From NCBI GenBank assembly GCA_028818695.1, contig JAPPNK010000029.1, positions 7,254 through 71,253 on the forward strand: a stretch of DNA of 64,000 nt. Direction: 5' to 3'. The translations under genes were made by a program, and so were the position numbers. This DNA is from Candidatus Poribacteria bacterium. Its GTDB lineage: Bacteria > Poribacteria > WGA-4E > GCA-2687025. Shown here in pieces: positions 36,294 through 44,176 of this stretch. Numbering within the stretch: position 1 is the stretch's first letter; each line of letters starts with the position of its first letter. The notes beneath the pieces were generated by a model. The model did not search any database, was not told the DNA's origin, and saw only the letters and a program-made list of their open reading frames with translations.

Positions 36294-37379
36294 TTAGAGG
36301 CTCAAATTTTTGATTGGAATCCATATGCCGCCCGTCTGCGCCGCCAGCGAACGCTGAAACGGTTCATCGATCCCGATCACATCGACCGTGATGCGCGACC
36401 GGTACAAAGCCCCCATGACCGCCGAGCTCTTGTAGTCGCCGCCCGCCGCCTCGTCCGTCACAAACACAAAACGGCGCGACGACCCCTTCCGAAACTTCAC
36501 CTCGCCAATCGACTTCATGATCGCGTTCAAACTTTTTTCGCCGCCGCTGCACTGCACCTTGCGCAGCTCCTTGCGCACCTTCTCCACATCTGAGGTCAAT
36601 TTCATAAATTTCATCGATTCCTTCATCAGCGGCTGGCGCGTATGGAAGGTCACGATACCGATCTGAAAGTCGAGGCTGCCCCTCTCCAAAACGGACGCCA
36701 TCTCTTCAAGGCGGCGCGCGACCGCATAGATGTTGTCCTGCATGCTTCGGCTGATGTCCAGCAGAAAGATGACGTCAACCGGCCCGTCTCCATCGCTTTT
36801 TTTGATCATCTCCTCGGCGATCATGCGAAGGGGGCTTTTCGGCGCTTCGATTTCCGTGTTTTCGTCCGACAAGCCGTTGGACTGGATCAGCTGCCCAAGA
36901 CCGCTGCCGGTTCCTTTTCCAGGGCGCCGCCCCGCTCCTTCTCCGCGTCCGCTGGTTGCGGCTCCCCTTGAGGCGCTGCGCGTTCCAGACGGCGCCTTAT
37001 TCACATCGGCAGAAAGAGCCGACAGTTGAAATTCGGTCGACTTCGCGTCCGGCAGCGCCGCGTCGGTGCGCATCTTCATCGGGCGGGACGGGGTCGGCGT
37101 CGGAGGCGCGAGCGTCGGCGCATGCAGGGAGGCTCCTGCTATGTTTTCTTTGCGGAATTTGGGCCGCGCCGTCTCTTTGCGCATCTTCAGTCGGCGCGCC
37201 GCCGGCGTCAGAGAACGTTTTTCGGGCTGAATCAGCTCTGCGGCGATTCCGCCCTCCGTTTTGATATGCTCGTGGACCTGCAGACTCGCCAGACCGATTA
37301 GCAGCAGCGCATGAAAGACAAACGACGCCATTAACGCGACGCGCCCCGCTGACGGATTCTTTTGCGTTTCACTCCGCAT
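36294..37379 (-). CDS. Membrane-anchored von Willebrand factor A (vWA) domain protein
   Basis: An N-terminal TM helix (VALMASFVFHALLLIGLASL) is followed by a Pro/Ala-rich linker. The vWA MIDAS region is DVIFLLDISRSM ... GIVTFH. The start ATG 37379 follows GGAGG. Confidence 0.75.
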   Translation of the reverse strand: MRSETQKNPSAGRVALMASFVFHALLLIGLASLQVHEHIKTEGGIAAELIQPEKRSLTPAARRLKMRKETARPKFRKENIAGASLHAPTLAPPTPTPSRPMKMRTDAALPDAKSTEFQLSALSADVNKAPSGTRSASRGAATSGRGEGAGRRPGKGTGSGLGQLIQSNGLSDENTEIEAPKSPLRMIAEEMIKKSDGDGPVDVIFLLDISRSMQDNIYAVARRLEEMASVLERGSLDFQIGIVTFHTRQPLMKESMKFMKLTSDVEKVRKELRKVQCSGGEKSLNAIMKSIGEVKFRKGSSRRFVFVTDEAAGGDYKSSAVMGALYRSRITVDVIGIDEPFQRSLAAQTGGIWIPIKNLSL

Positions 37380-37604
37380 ACGATATCCTCCGAACATTTA
37401 TGCTGTACCCTATTACAGGATACAGCTCAAAGCGGGCAAACGCAACCAGAGCTTTGAAGGCAAGCGCCTTAGCTGGGACAACGCTGGACGTAAACGCCTC
37501 CCCGCCAAAGCGTCGTCTGCCGCCGCTCAACATGTTGACGTGCGCCTCCATAAACGGTATTCTTTTGGCGCGCATCGGAAATCATCATAGCGGGAAGGGC
37601 GCGC

Positions 37605-38444
37605 GTGGCTAAAAAATACACTCGTCAACAAATGCTTGACCGCCTACATGCCCAACTGAGCGCCGGCAAGGCTCTCATCGGCGCAGGCGCAGGAACAGGC
37701 ATCTCTGCCAAATTCATTGAGCGCGGCGGAGCCGATTTTATCATCATCTACAACTCAGGGCGGTTTCGTATGGCGGGCGTCGCTTCGCCTGCCGGGCTGC
37801 TTGCATACGGCAACGCAAACGACATCATGATGGAGATGGGCGAGCGGGAAGTGCTGCCTGTCGCGCGCGAAATACCGGTCATCGCCGGCGTGAATGGCTC
37901 CGATCCAACGCGCGAAATGGAACCGTTTTTGCGCAAGGTGAACGCTCTCAACTTCACCGGCGTCAACAACTTCCCAACCGTCGGCGCCTTCGACGGCGAA
38001 TTCCGCGTCACCCTAGAGGAAGTCGGCCTCGGATACTACACCGAAGTGGAAATGATACGACTGGCGCATGAGCAGGACATGTTCACCATCCCCTATGTTT
38101 ACGATGAACAGCAGGCGCGCGATATGACAAACGCGGGCGCGGACGCGCTCATCGCCCATGTCGGCACCACGACCGGCGGAAGCATCGGCGCCCGCACGGC
38201 TGTAACGCATGACGAGGCGGCTGACATCACGCGCCGAATCTTGGAAGCTGCGCGCGGGATTCGAGAATCGGTTCTGATCCTGACCCACGGCGGTCCGACC
38301 GAAACCCCCGACGACGTCCAGTATATCGTCGAGAAATCAGGCGCGGACGGGTTTGTCGGCGCCTCCACGATTGAGCGCTTAGCGACCGAACCGGCGATCA
38401 AGGCGCGGACCGAAGAGCTGAAACAGGTTCGCGTTTCCTCTTGA
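37605..38444 (+). CDS. Phosphoenolpyruvate hydrolase-like TIM-barrel protein (PEP_hydrolase / TIM-br_sig_trns family)
   Basis: The GTG start follows GGGAAGGG. GAGAGTGISAKFIERGGADFIIIYNSGRFRMAG and NFPTVG match my recollection of this family. Confidence 0.7.
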   Translation: MAKKYTRQQMLDRLHAQLSAGKALIGAGAGTGISAKFIERGGADFIIIYNSGRFRMAGVASPAGLLAYGNANDIMMEMGEREVLPVAREIPVIAGVNGSDPTREMEPFLRKVNALNFTGVNNFPTVGAFDGEFRVTLEEVGLGYYTEVEMIRLAHEQDMFTIPYVYDEQQARDMTNAGADALIAHVGTTTGGSIGARTAVTHDEAADITRRILEAARGIRESVLILTHGGPTETPDDVQYIVEKSGADGFVGASTIERLATEPAIKARTEELKQVRVSS

Positions 38445-38449
38445 AATTG

Positions 38450-40894
38450 ATGAGGCTTGCGCTCGCTCTCTTCTGTTGCGCGTTCTTGCCCGCGGCGGCT
38501 CTTGCCGAGACGGACGAATCTTTAGAGCCGATTGAGCTGGTCGTTTGGGGGCTTGGAGAAGGCGAATCGCAGATTGGGCGAGTCGCCGCGATGGACGAAT
38601 TTGAACGCCGCTGGAACGCCGACTCGTCGCGCCCGCCGTTGAAGATCGTCAAGTCGGTTCAAGGCGGACGCATGAATCCGCAGCGTCTCATGACCGCCAT
38701 CGCGGGCGGCGCGCCGCCGGATGTTGTCAATCAAGACCGCTTTTCTATCGGCGGATGGGCGTCGCGCGGCGCCTTTCTTCCGCTCAACCCGTTTATGGAA
38801 GCGGACGACAAAACGGACCCGCTTTCTGTTCGCAGAGAGGATTACTTCAAAGCGTGCTGGGAGGAGGCGGTTTATGAAGGAAACGTCTATGCCGTCCCGA
38901 ACAGCTCGGACGCGCGCGTTCTTTTTTACAACATGGACCTCCTTGAGGCGGCGGGTTATGTGGACGAACAGGGAAGGGCGAAGCCGCCGAAAACATGGGC
39001 GGAGTTGAAAGAGTATGCCGTTCGGTTGACCGTAGAAGACGCGGACGGCAGCTATGAGCGGATCGGGTTTATTCCAAACTACGGAAACAGCTGGCTGTAT
39101 CTCTACGGATGGCAGAACGAGGGCAGGTTCATGAGCGCGGACGGGGAGACCTGCACATTGGACGATCCGCGCATCGTGGAGGCGCTGGAGTATATGAAGG
39201 AGGTTTACGAGGCGCTGGGGGGGCGGGCGGCGGTTGAATCGTTCATCTCCGTTTTTCAAGCGGGGGCTTTGGATCCGTTTTTGAACGGCAAGGTGGCTAT
39301 GAAGATCGACACGAACGGGTTTATGGGAACCGTCGCGCGCTGGCGCCCCGATCTGCGTTTTGGCGTCGCGCCGGCTCCGCGCCCCGAAGCGTACGCCGAT
39401 GAGCCTCTCACCTGGTCGGGCGGTTTTTCATGGGCAATTCCGCGCGGAGCGAAGCATCCGGACGCCGCCTGGCAGTTTATACGATGGATGAGCGGCGTTG
39501 AGGCGGCTAAGATCGAAAATCTGGCGCTTCAGCGGTACAACAAGGCGCGCGGCCGCCTCTATGTCCCCGGCATATCCGCCAACGCGCGCGTCAATGAATG
39601 GACGCTCGGCAACATTGTCGAAAACAGCCGCGAGCTAGAGCTGCACGGATTCGCCGAACATTACAAAACATGCGTACGGCTGATGCGCTACAGCCGCTTC
39701 CGCCCTGTGACGCCGGTCGGACAGCTGCTTTGGGATGAACATCGCCGCGCCTTCGACCGCGCCACGCTCTCCCCGCGGCAGTTCACGCCGCAGAAGGCTC
39801 TCGAAATCGGCGCAAATGAAACGCAGCGCGAACTGATACGACTAAAACAGAGCAGAGAACGCAATCCGATGTATTGGACAATCGCCGTGCCGCTCCTGCT
39901 GCTCGCCGTCGGAATCGGCGCGGCGCTCGTCTTCGCAAGAGGGCATGCCGCTCGACAACAGGCGCTGCGCCCAGACGCCAAACGGGAGGCGTTCGCTGGC
40001 TATCTCTTCGCGTCGCCATGGATCTTCGGCTTCCTGCTGTTGACGGTCGGGCCCGTCAGCGCGTCGATACTTCTCAGCTTCACCGAATACGACGCCCTGA
40101 ACCCAGCCAAGTTTGCGGGTTTGGATAACTACGTCTATTTGACAACCAAAGACCCTGTCTTTTGGAAATCGCTCGGAAACACGGCGTATATGGCGCTGGC
40201 GGTTCCGTTGGGAATGGCGGTCGGGCTTGCGCTGGCAATGCTGTTGAGCGCAGAAACGCGCGGCTCCGCGGCGTATCGAACCTTTTTCTACCTGCCCGCT
40301 GTCGTCCCTGTCGTCGCCAGCTCCATTCTCTGGGTGTGGGTCCTGAATCCGAATAGCGGGCTGCTCAACACGGCGCTTCAGTTTGTCGGCCTTGACGGCA
40401 TGGCGGAATCGGCGGCGAGACGGTTCGGCGCGGACGGGCTGTTCTGGCTTCAAGAAGAATCGCTCGCCAAACCGGCGATCGTGCTGATGGGACTATGGAG
40501 CGCCGGTTCCAGCATGGTGATCTGGCTCGCAGGTTTGAAAAGCGTTCCGAAGCAGCTGTACGAGGCGGCGGAGATCGACGGCGCGGGGCGCATCGCCCGA
40601 TTCATTCGAATCACATTGCCGATGCTGACCCCGTATATCTTCTTCAACCTTGTCATGGGAATCATCGGCGCCTTTCAGATTTTCACACAGGCATATGTAA
40701 TGACAGAAGGCGGGCCGGCGGACTCGACGCTCTTCTATGTGTACTATCTCTTCAACAACGCCTTCCGTTACTTTCGAATGGGGTACGCTTCTGCGATGGC
40801 GTGGATCCTGTTCGGCATTATTCTCATTTTGACGCTCATTCAGTTCAAGCTCGCCCCGCGCTGGGTTCACTATGGATCGAGCGACTCTTCATGA
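38450..40894 (+). CDS. Fusion protein: extracellular solute-binding protein (family 1) + MalF-type ABC permease
   Basis: The signal peptide MRLALALFCCAFLPAAALA (alternative TTG start at 38441) is followed by an SBP-like domain of about 470 aa. One linker TM helix (YWTIAVPLLLLAVGIGAALVFA) then joins a canonical CUT1 permease, with FASPWIFGFLLLTVGP and the EAA loop EAAEIDGAGRIARFIRITLP. Confidence 0.8.
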   Translation: MRLALALFCCAFLPAAALAETDESLEPIELVVWGLGEGESQIGRVAAMDEFERRWNADSSRPPLKIVKSVQGGRMNPQRLMTAIAGGAPPDVVNQDRFSIGGWASRGAFLPLNPFMEADDKTDPLSVRREDYFKACWEEAVYEGNVYAVPNSSDARVLFYNMDLLEAAGYVDEQGRAKPPKTWAELKEYAVRLTVEDADGSYERIGFIPNYGNSWLYLYGWQNEGRFMSADGETCTLDDPRIVEALEYMKEVYEALGGRAAVESFISVFQAGALDPFLNGKVAMKIDTNGFMGTVARWRPDLRFGVAPAPRPEAYADEPLTWSGGFSWAIPRGAKHPDAAWQFIRWMSGVEAAKIENLALQRYNKARGRLYVPGISANARVNEWTLGNIVENSRELELHGFAEHYKTCVRLMRYSRFRPVTPVGQLLWDEHRRAFDRATLSPRQFTPQKALEIGANETQRELIRLKQSRERNPMYWTIAVPLLLLAVGIGAALVFARGHAARQQALRPDAKREAFAGYLFASPWIFGFLLLTVGPVSASILLSFTEYDALNPAKFAGLDNYVYLTTKDPVFWKSLGNTAYMALAVPLGMAVGLALAMLLSAETRGSAAYRTFFYLPAVVPVVASSILWVWVLNPNSGLLNTALQFVGLDGMAESAARRFGADGLFWLQEESLAKPAIVLMGLWSAGSSMVIWLAGLKSVPKQLYEAAEIDGAGRIARFIRITLPMLTPYIFFNLVMGIIGAFQIFTQAYVMTEGGPADSTLFYVYYLFNNAFRYFRMGYASAMAWILFGIILILTLIQFKLAPRWVHYGSSDSS

Positions 40895-42558
40895 ACAGGG
40901 CAAGGTTGAAACGCGCGGCGCAGCATGCGGTTCTCATCTTCGGATCGGTTCTTTTTGCGCTTCCGTTTATCTGGCTTGTCTCGACCAGCTTGAAATGGGA
41001 CAGGGAGCTGTTCATGGAGCCGTCCAGCTGGTTCGACAGGCTGCGCCCGCGTCTGCCGTACCGCGTCTTGAGGACGCCTTACATCGCTGAACGCGACACG
41101 CTGCCGTTTCAAAAACCATCGTCGATGGATGAAAGAAAATGGCAGGCGCTGAGAGGAAGCCTTGAGTCGCTGCTGTGGGAAGAGGCGCAGCAGGTTCTGA
41201 CGCGGCGCGACTATCCCGACGCGGCGCGCAACGCTCTTCGAACGCATATCGCCCGCGACCTGTGGAGACAAATTGCCGCCGAAAAGCCGAAAGCGCTCTG
41301 GAACAAATCGGAGGAGCGGATCAAGGCGGAGATTGCGAACAGCGTCTCTTATGAAAAGATTGAAAGCGCATGGAACCGATTGTACCGGTCGATTCGTCTT
41401 GGAACGCCTTCGGTTCAGAGCATCGACCGAAGCGAGTATAAAGCGGAGGACGGAAAATGGAGCGCGTCTCGGGGCGGTTCGCTCATTTCTCCGCGCGAAA
41501 CGCTCAGGTCCGCCCAAGAAATATGGACAGACTATCAACGCGCCCCTGCGCCTCCGTACGCCTCATACTATGCATATGAGATCGACTCGCCTGTTCAGTC
41601 GAGCGATCTGCGGGCGGTCATTGTCCCGATACGCGCGGATGAATCGTACCATCATTTCACCGCCGAGGTTGTGGCGGGCGGCGAGACCTACGTCAGCAAG
41701 AAGCCGTTCATACTCCAAAACTACGGCTGGAACGAGACGCTGTTTCAGCTGCAGGGAGAGCCGTCGGACAGGGAGGCGATACCCCTTGAAAAGGCTGACA
41801 GGGCTTCTTCGGTTGGGAAGTCTGGGCGCGCGAAGATTGTGTTGACGCTGCACCGAGCTCCGTATCTGCTGGCGGCGTACCGCAAATTTTCCCGCAACTA
41901 CTCTGAGGCGTCGTCGTTTGTCAGCTTTTGGCGTTATGTGTTGAACACGGCAATTGTGACGGCGTTGAGCGTCGCAGCGCAACTGCTGTCCTGTTCGTTG
42001 GCAGCGTATGCGTTTGCGCGTCTGCGCTGGCCGGGGCGCGACAAGCTCTTTTTCCTGCTCATCTGTACCATGATGCTTCCGCCGCAGGTGACGATGGTTC
42101 CGCTGTTTATTCTGGCGCGGAATCTGGGGCTGTATGACACGCTGCATCCGCTGTGGGGGACATCGCTGTTTGGGAGCGCGTTTTTTATTTTTCTGATGCG
42201 GCAATTTTTACTGGGCGCGCCGCGCGACCTTGAAGACGCCGCAAAGCTGGACGGATGCGGCTTCTTCGGGCTGTATTGGCGCGTCATACTTCCGCTGGTG
42301 AAACCGGCGCTTGCCGCCGTCGCCGTCCTGCAGTTCATGGGCGCGTGGAACGACTTTTTATCCCCGCTCATCTATATCAGCAGCGAAAGCAAAATGACCT
42401 TGTCGCTGGGTCTTCAACTGTTCGAATCGACGCACGGAGCCGAGTATGGAATGCTCATGGCAGCTTCGACGGTCATGACGCTGCCGGTTGCGGCGCTCTT
42501 CTTCTTTGCGCAGCGGTATTTCATTCAAGGCATCGCGCTAACAGGCATCCGCGGCTAA
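40891..42558 (+). CDS. MalG-type carbohydrate ABC permease with an extracytoplasmic insertion of ~300 aa after TM1
   Basis: The ATG overlaps the previous stop (ATGA at 40891-40894). TM1 is AVLIFGSVLFALPFIWLV. The next TM helix begins ~310 aa later (FWRYVLNTAIVTALSV). The EAA loop is DAAKLDGCGFFGLYWRVILP. I trimmed the ORF-track start at 40495. Confidence 0.8.
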   Translation: MNRARLKRAAQHAVLIFGSVLFALPFIWLVSTSLKWDRELFMEPSSWFDRLRPRLPYRVLRTPYIAERDTLPFQKPSSMDERKWQALRGSLESLLWEEAQQVLTRRDYPDAARNALRTHIARDLWRQIAAEKPKALWNKSEERIKAEIANSVSYEKIESAWNRLYRSIRLGTPSVQSIDRSEYKAEDGKWSASRGGSLISPRETLRSAQEIWTDYQRAPAPPYASYYAYEIDSPVQSSDLRAVIVPIRADESYHHFTAEVVAGGETYVSKKPFILQNYGWNETLFQLQGEPSDREAIPLEKADRASSVGKSGRAKIVLTLHRAPYLLAAYRKFSRNYSEASSFVSFWRYVLNTAIVTALSVAAQLLSCSLAAYAFARLRWPGRDKLFFLLICTMMLPPQVTMVPLFILARNLGLYDTLHPLWGTSLFGSAFFIFLMRQFLLGAPRDLEDAAKLDGCGFFGLYWRVILPLVKPALAAVAVLQFMGAWNDFLSPLIYISSESKMTLSLGLQLFESTHGAEYGMLMAASTVMTLPVAALFFFAQRYFIQGIALTGIRG

Positions 42559-42680
42559 ATTCAAATCCCACCTGCAAGGCAGCGGACGAAGCGAAGGTTT
42601 GAGGAGATTGGCGGGCAGACTATACTAATTACGGCGCGGACAAATGAACGGACGGGGACAGGAAAGGGGCGGGCGAGGAG

Positions 42681-43604
42681 ATGCGGAGCAAAACAGGCGC
42701 CTATCTGGAGCTGATACGGTACCCGCTGCTGGCGATACCGATTGCGGCGTCGCTGCCGGGGATCGTTCTGGCGGCGGCGGAGGTCGGAATCAATTGGCGC
42801 GTCTTTGCGGCGCCGGCGACGGCGCTGTGCGGCTATTTCGCCGGTATGATCAAGAACGACTACTTCCACCGCGAACATGACCGCGCCGCGAACCCCGACC
42901 GACCGCTTCCCTCCGGACGCGCCCGCCCCAAGACGGCGCATCGACTCGCCTCCGGGATGTATATCGCGTGCGTCCTGAGCGGCTTTGCGATGGGCTGGCG
43001 CGCCGGGCTGCTGACGATGTGCCTCGTCGCCGTGTCGCATTCGTATAACGCCTATCTGAAAATGCGCGGCGTCTGGGGCAGCGTTGCGCTTCCGTTCGGC
43101 ATCGCGCTGTTGAGCGTGTACGGGTCGGTGTGCGTGTCGGGGGGCGTCTCGCCGGGCGTCTGGTTCTGCTTTGCGACCATTTTTTTATACGACGCGGGCG
43201 TTCATATTATCAGCGCGTTTAAAGACATGGAGCGGGACAAAGCGCTGGGCGTTGTGACGACGCCGCTGCAGATTGGAGCGCGGCGCGCGATGGCTGTTTC
43301 GTGGATCTTGACGGCGGGGGCGTTTGCGGCCGCATTGACGTTCGCGCTGCGCGTCGGGTCGGCGGCGCAGGGGGCATGCGTCGGTTTGGCGTTTGCGGTC
43401 GCGGTTTGGACGCGGCTGCCGCTCCTGCGCGAGGCGTCGGAGAAGAACGGGTATGCGGCGCTCAAAGGCTCCATGATCGGGGCGGCGCTGCTGTTTCCGT
43501 CGCCGATTGCGGGCGTCCTGCCGTTCTGGTGGGCGGCGGGGACGGTCGCTGCGCTGGCAGGGCTGACAGCGGTTCTGCTGGGGCGCAGCCGTCAGGAGGT
43601 GTGA
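42681..43604 (+). CDS. UbiA-superfamily prenyltransferase
   Basis: Multi-TM protein. The first Asp-rich motif region is NDYFHREHDRAANPDRPLPSG, where His replaces the second canonical Asp of NDxxDxxxD. The second motif is KDMERDKALGVVTTP. Confidence 0.8.
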   Translation: MRSKTGAYLELIRYPLLAIPIAASLPGIVLAAAEVGINWRVFAAPATALCGYFAGMIKNDYFHREHDRAANPDRPLPSGRARPKTAHRLASGMYIACVLSGFAMGWRAGLLTMCLVAVSHSYNAYLKMRGVWGSVALPFGIALLSVYGSVCVSGGVSPGVWFCFATIFLYDAGVHIISAFKDMERDKALGVVTTPLQIGARRAMAVSWILTAGAFAAALTFALRVGSAAQGACVGLAFAVAVWTRLPLLREASEKNGYAALKGSMIGAALLFPSPIAGVLPFWWAAGTVAALAGLTAVLLGRSRQEV

Positions 43605-43620
43605 GGGCGGCGCAAGCGGC

Positions 43621-44172
43621 TCACTTTTCAAAGCGGACGGCAAGCCCGGCAACGGTCGGCGCGGCGCGCATCAAACAGACCGCCACCGCAACATAGGCGA
43701 AAGCCCGCCCCGCAGAGACCATCTCCAGCGCAAGAAAAGAGACCGCCAAAGCCTTGACGAGACCGTACCCGCCGCGGCTCCATACAGGATCGCATAGCGC
43801 GCGGCTCCATTCTGAATGAGAATGTTTGCGAAAGAGACCGGTTCCCAATGTGCGTATTATGACAACGCCAGCGACCCAGAACGGCAGCGCGCCTTTAATG
43901 CCGAAATATATCCAGAATGTCCACTCAACGGCGCGGTCGGTTAACACATCTAGGCGCGCTCCATACGAAGAAGTCTCGCCAGAACAACGAGCGGCTTTCC
44001 CGTCCAGCGCGTCCGATAGAAACATGAGCGCGATCAACACAGCGGCGGCGATGCGCATCTCCAACTCCAGCAGCCAAACAGCGAACGGAATCGCCGCCAT
44101 GCGAAACAATGTCAGCGCATTCGCGGTCGCGCGCCCATGACGCTCCATCCAAGAGGAAAAGCGCGCTTTCAT
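43621..44172 (-). CDS. CDP-alcohol phosphatidyltransferase family protein
   Basis: DALDGKAARCSGETSSYGARLDVLTD matches D-x2-DG-x2-AR...G-x3-D-x3-D. The protein has 4-5 TM segments. Confidence 0.8.
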   Translation of the reverse strand: MKARFSSWMERHGRATANALTLFRMAAIPFAVWLLELEMRIAAAVLIALMFLSDALDGKAARCSGETSSYGARLDVLTDRAVEWTFWIYFGIKGALPFWVAGVVIIRTLGTGLFRKHSHSEWSRALCDPVWSRGGYGLVKALAVSFLALEMVSAGRAFAYVAVAVCLMRAAPTVAGLAVRFEK

Positions 44173-44176
44173 ACGC

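Noticed and set aside
42681-44172. Archaeal-type ether-lipid synthesis (DGGGP synthase plus CDP-archaeol-type transferase)
   Set aside because: The UbiA first motif cannot discriminate between subfamilies by eye. No GGGP synthase, G1P dehydrogenase or CarS homolog is in the window. I retained it only as a low-probability comment in the cluster finding.
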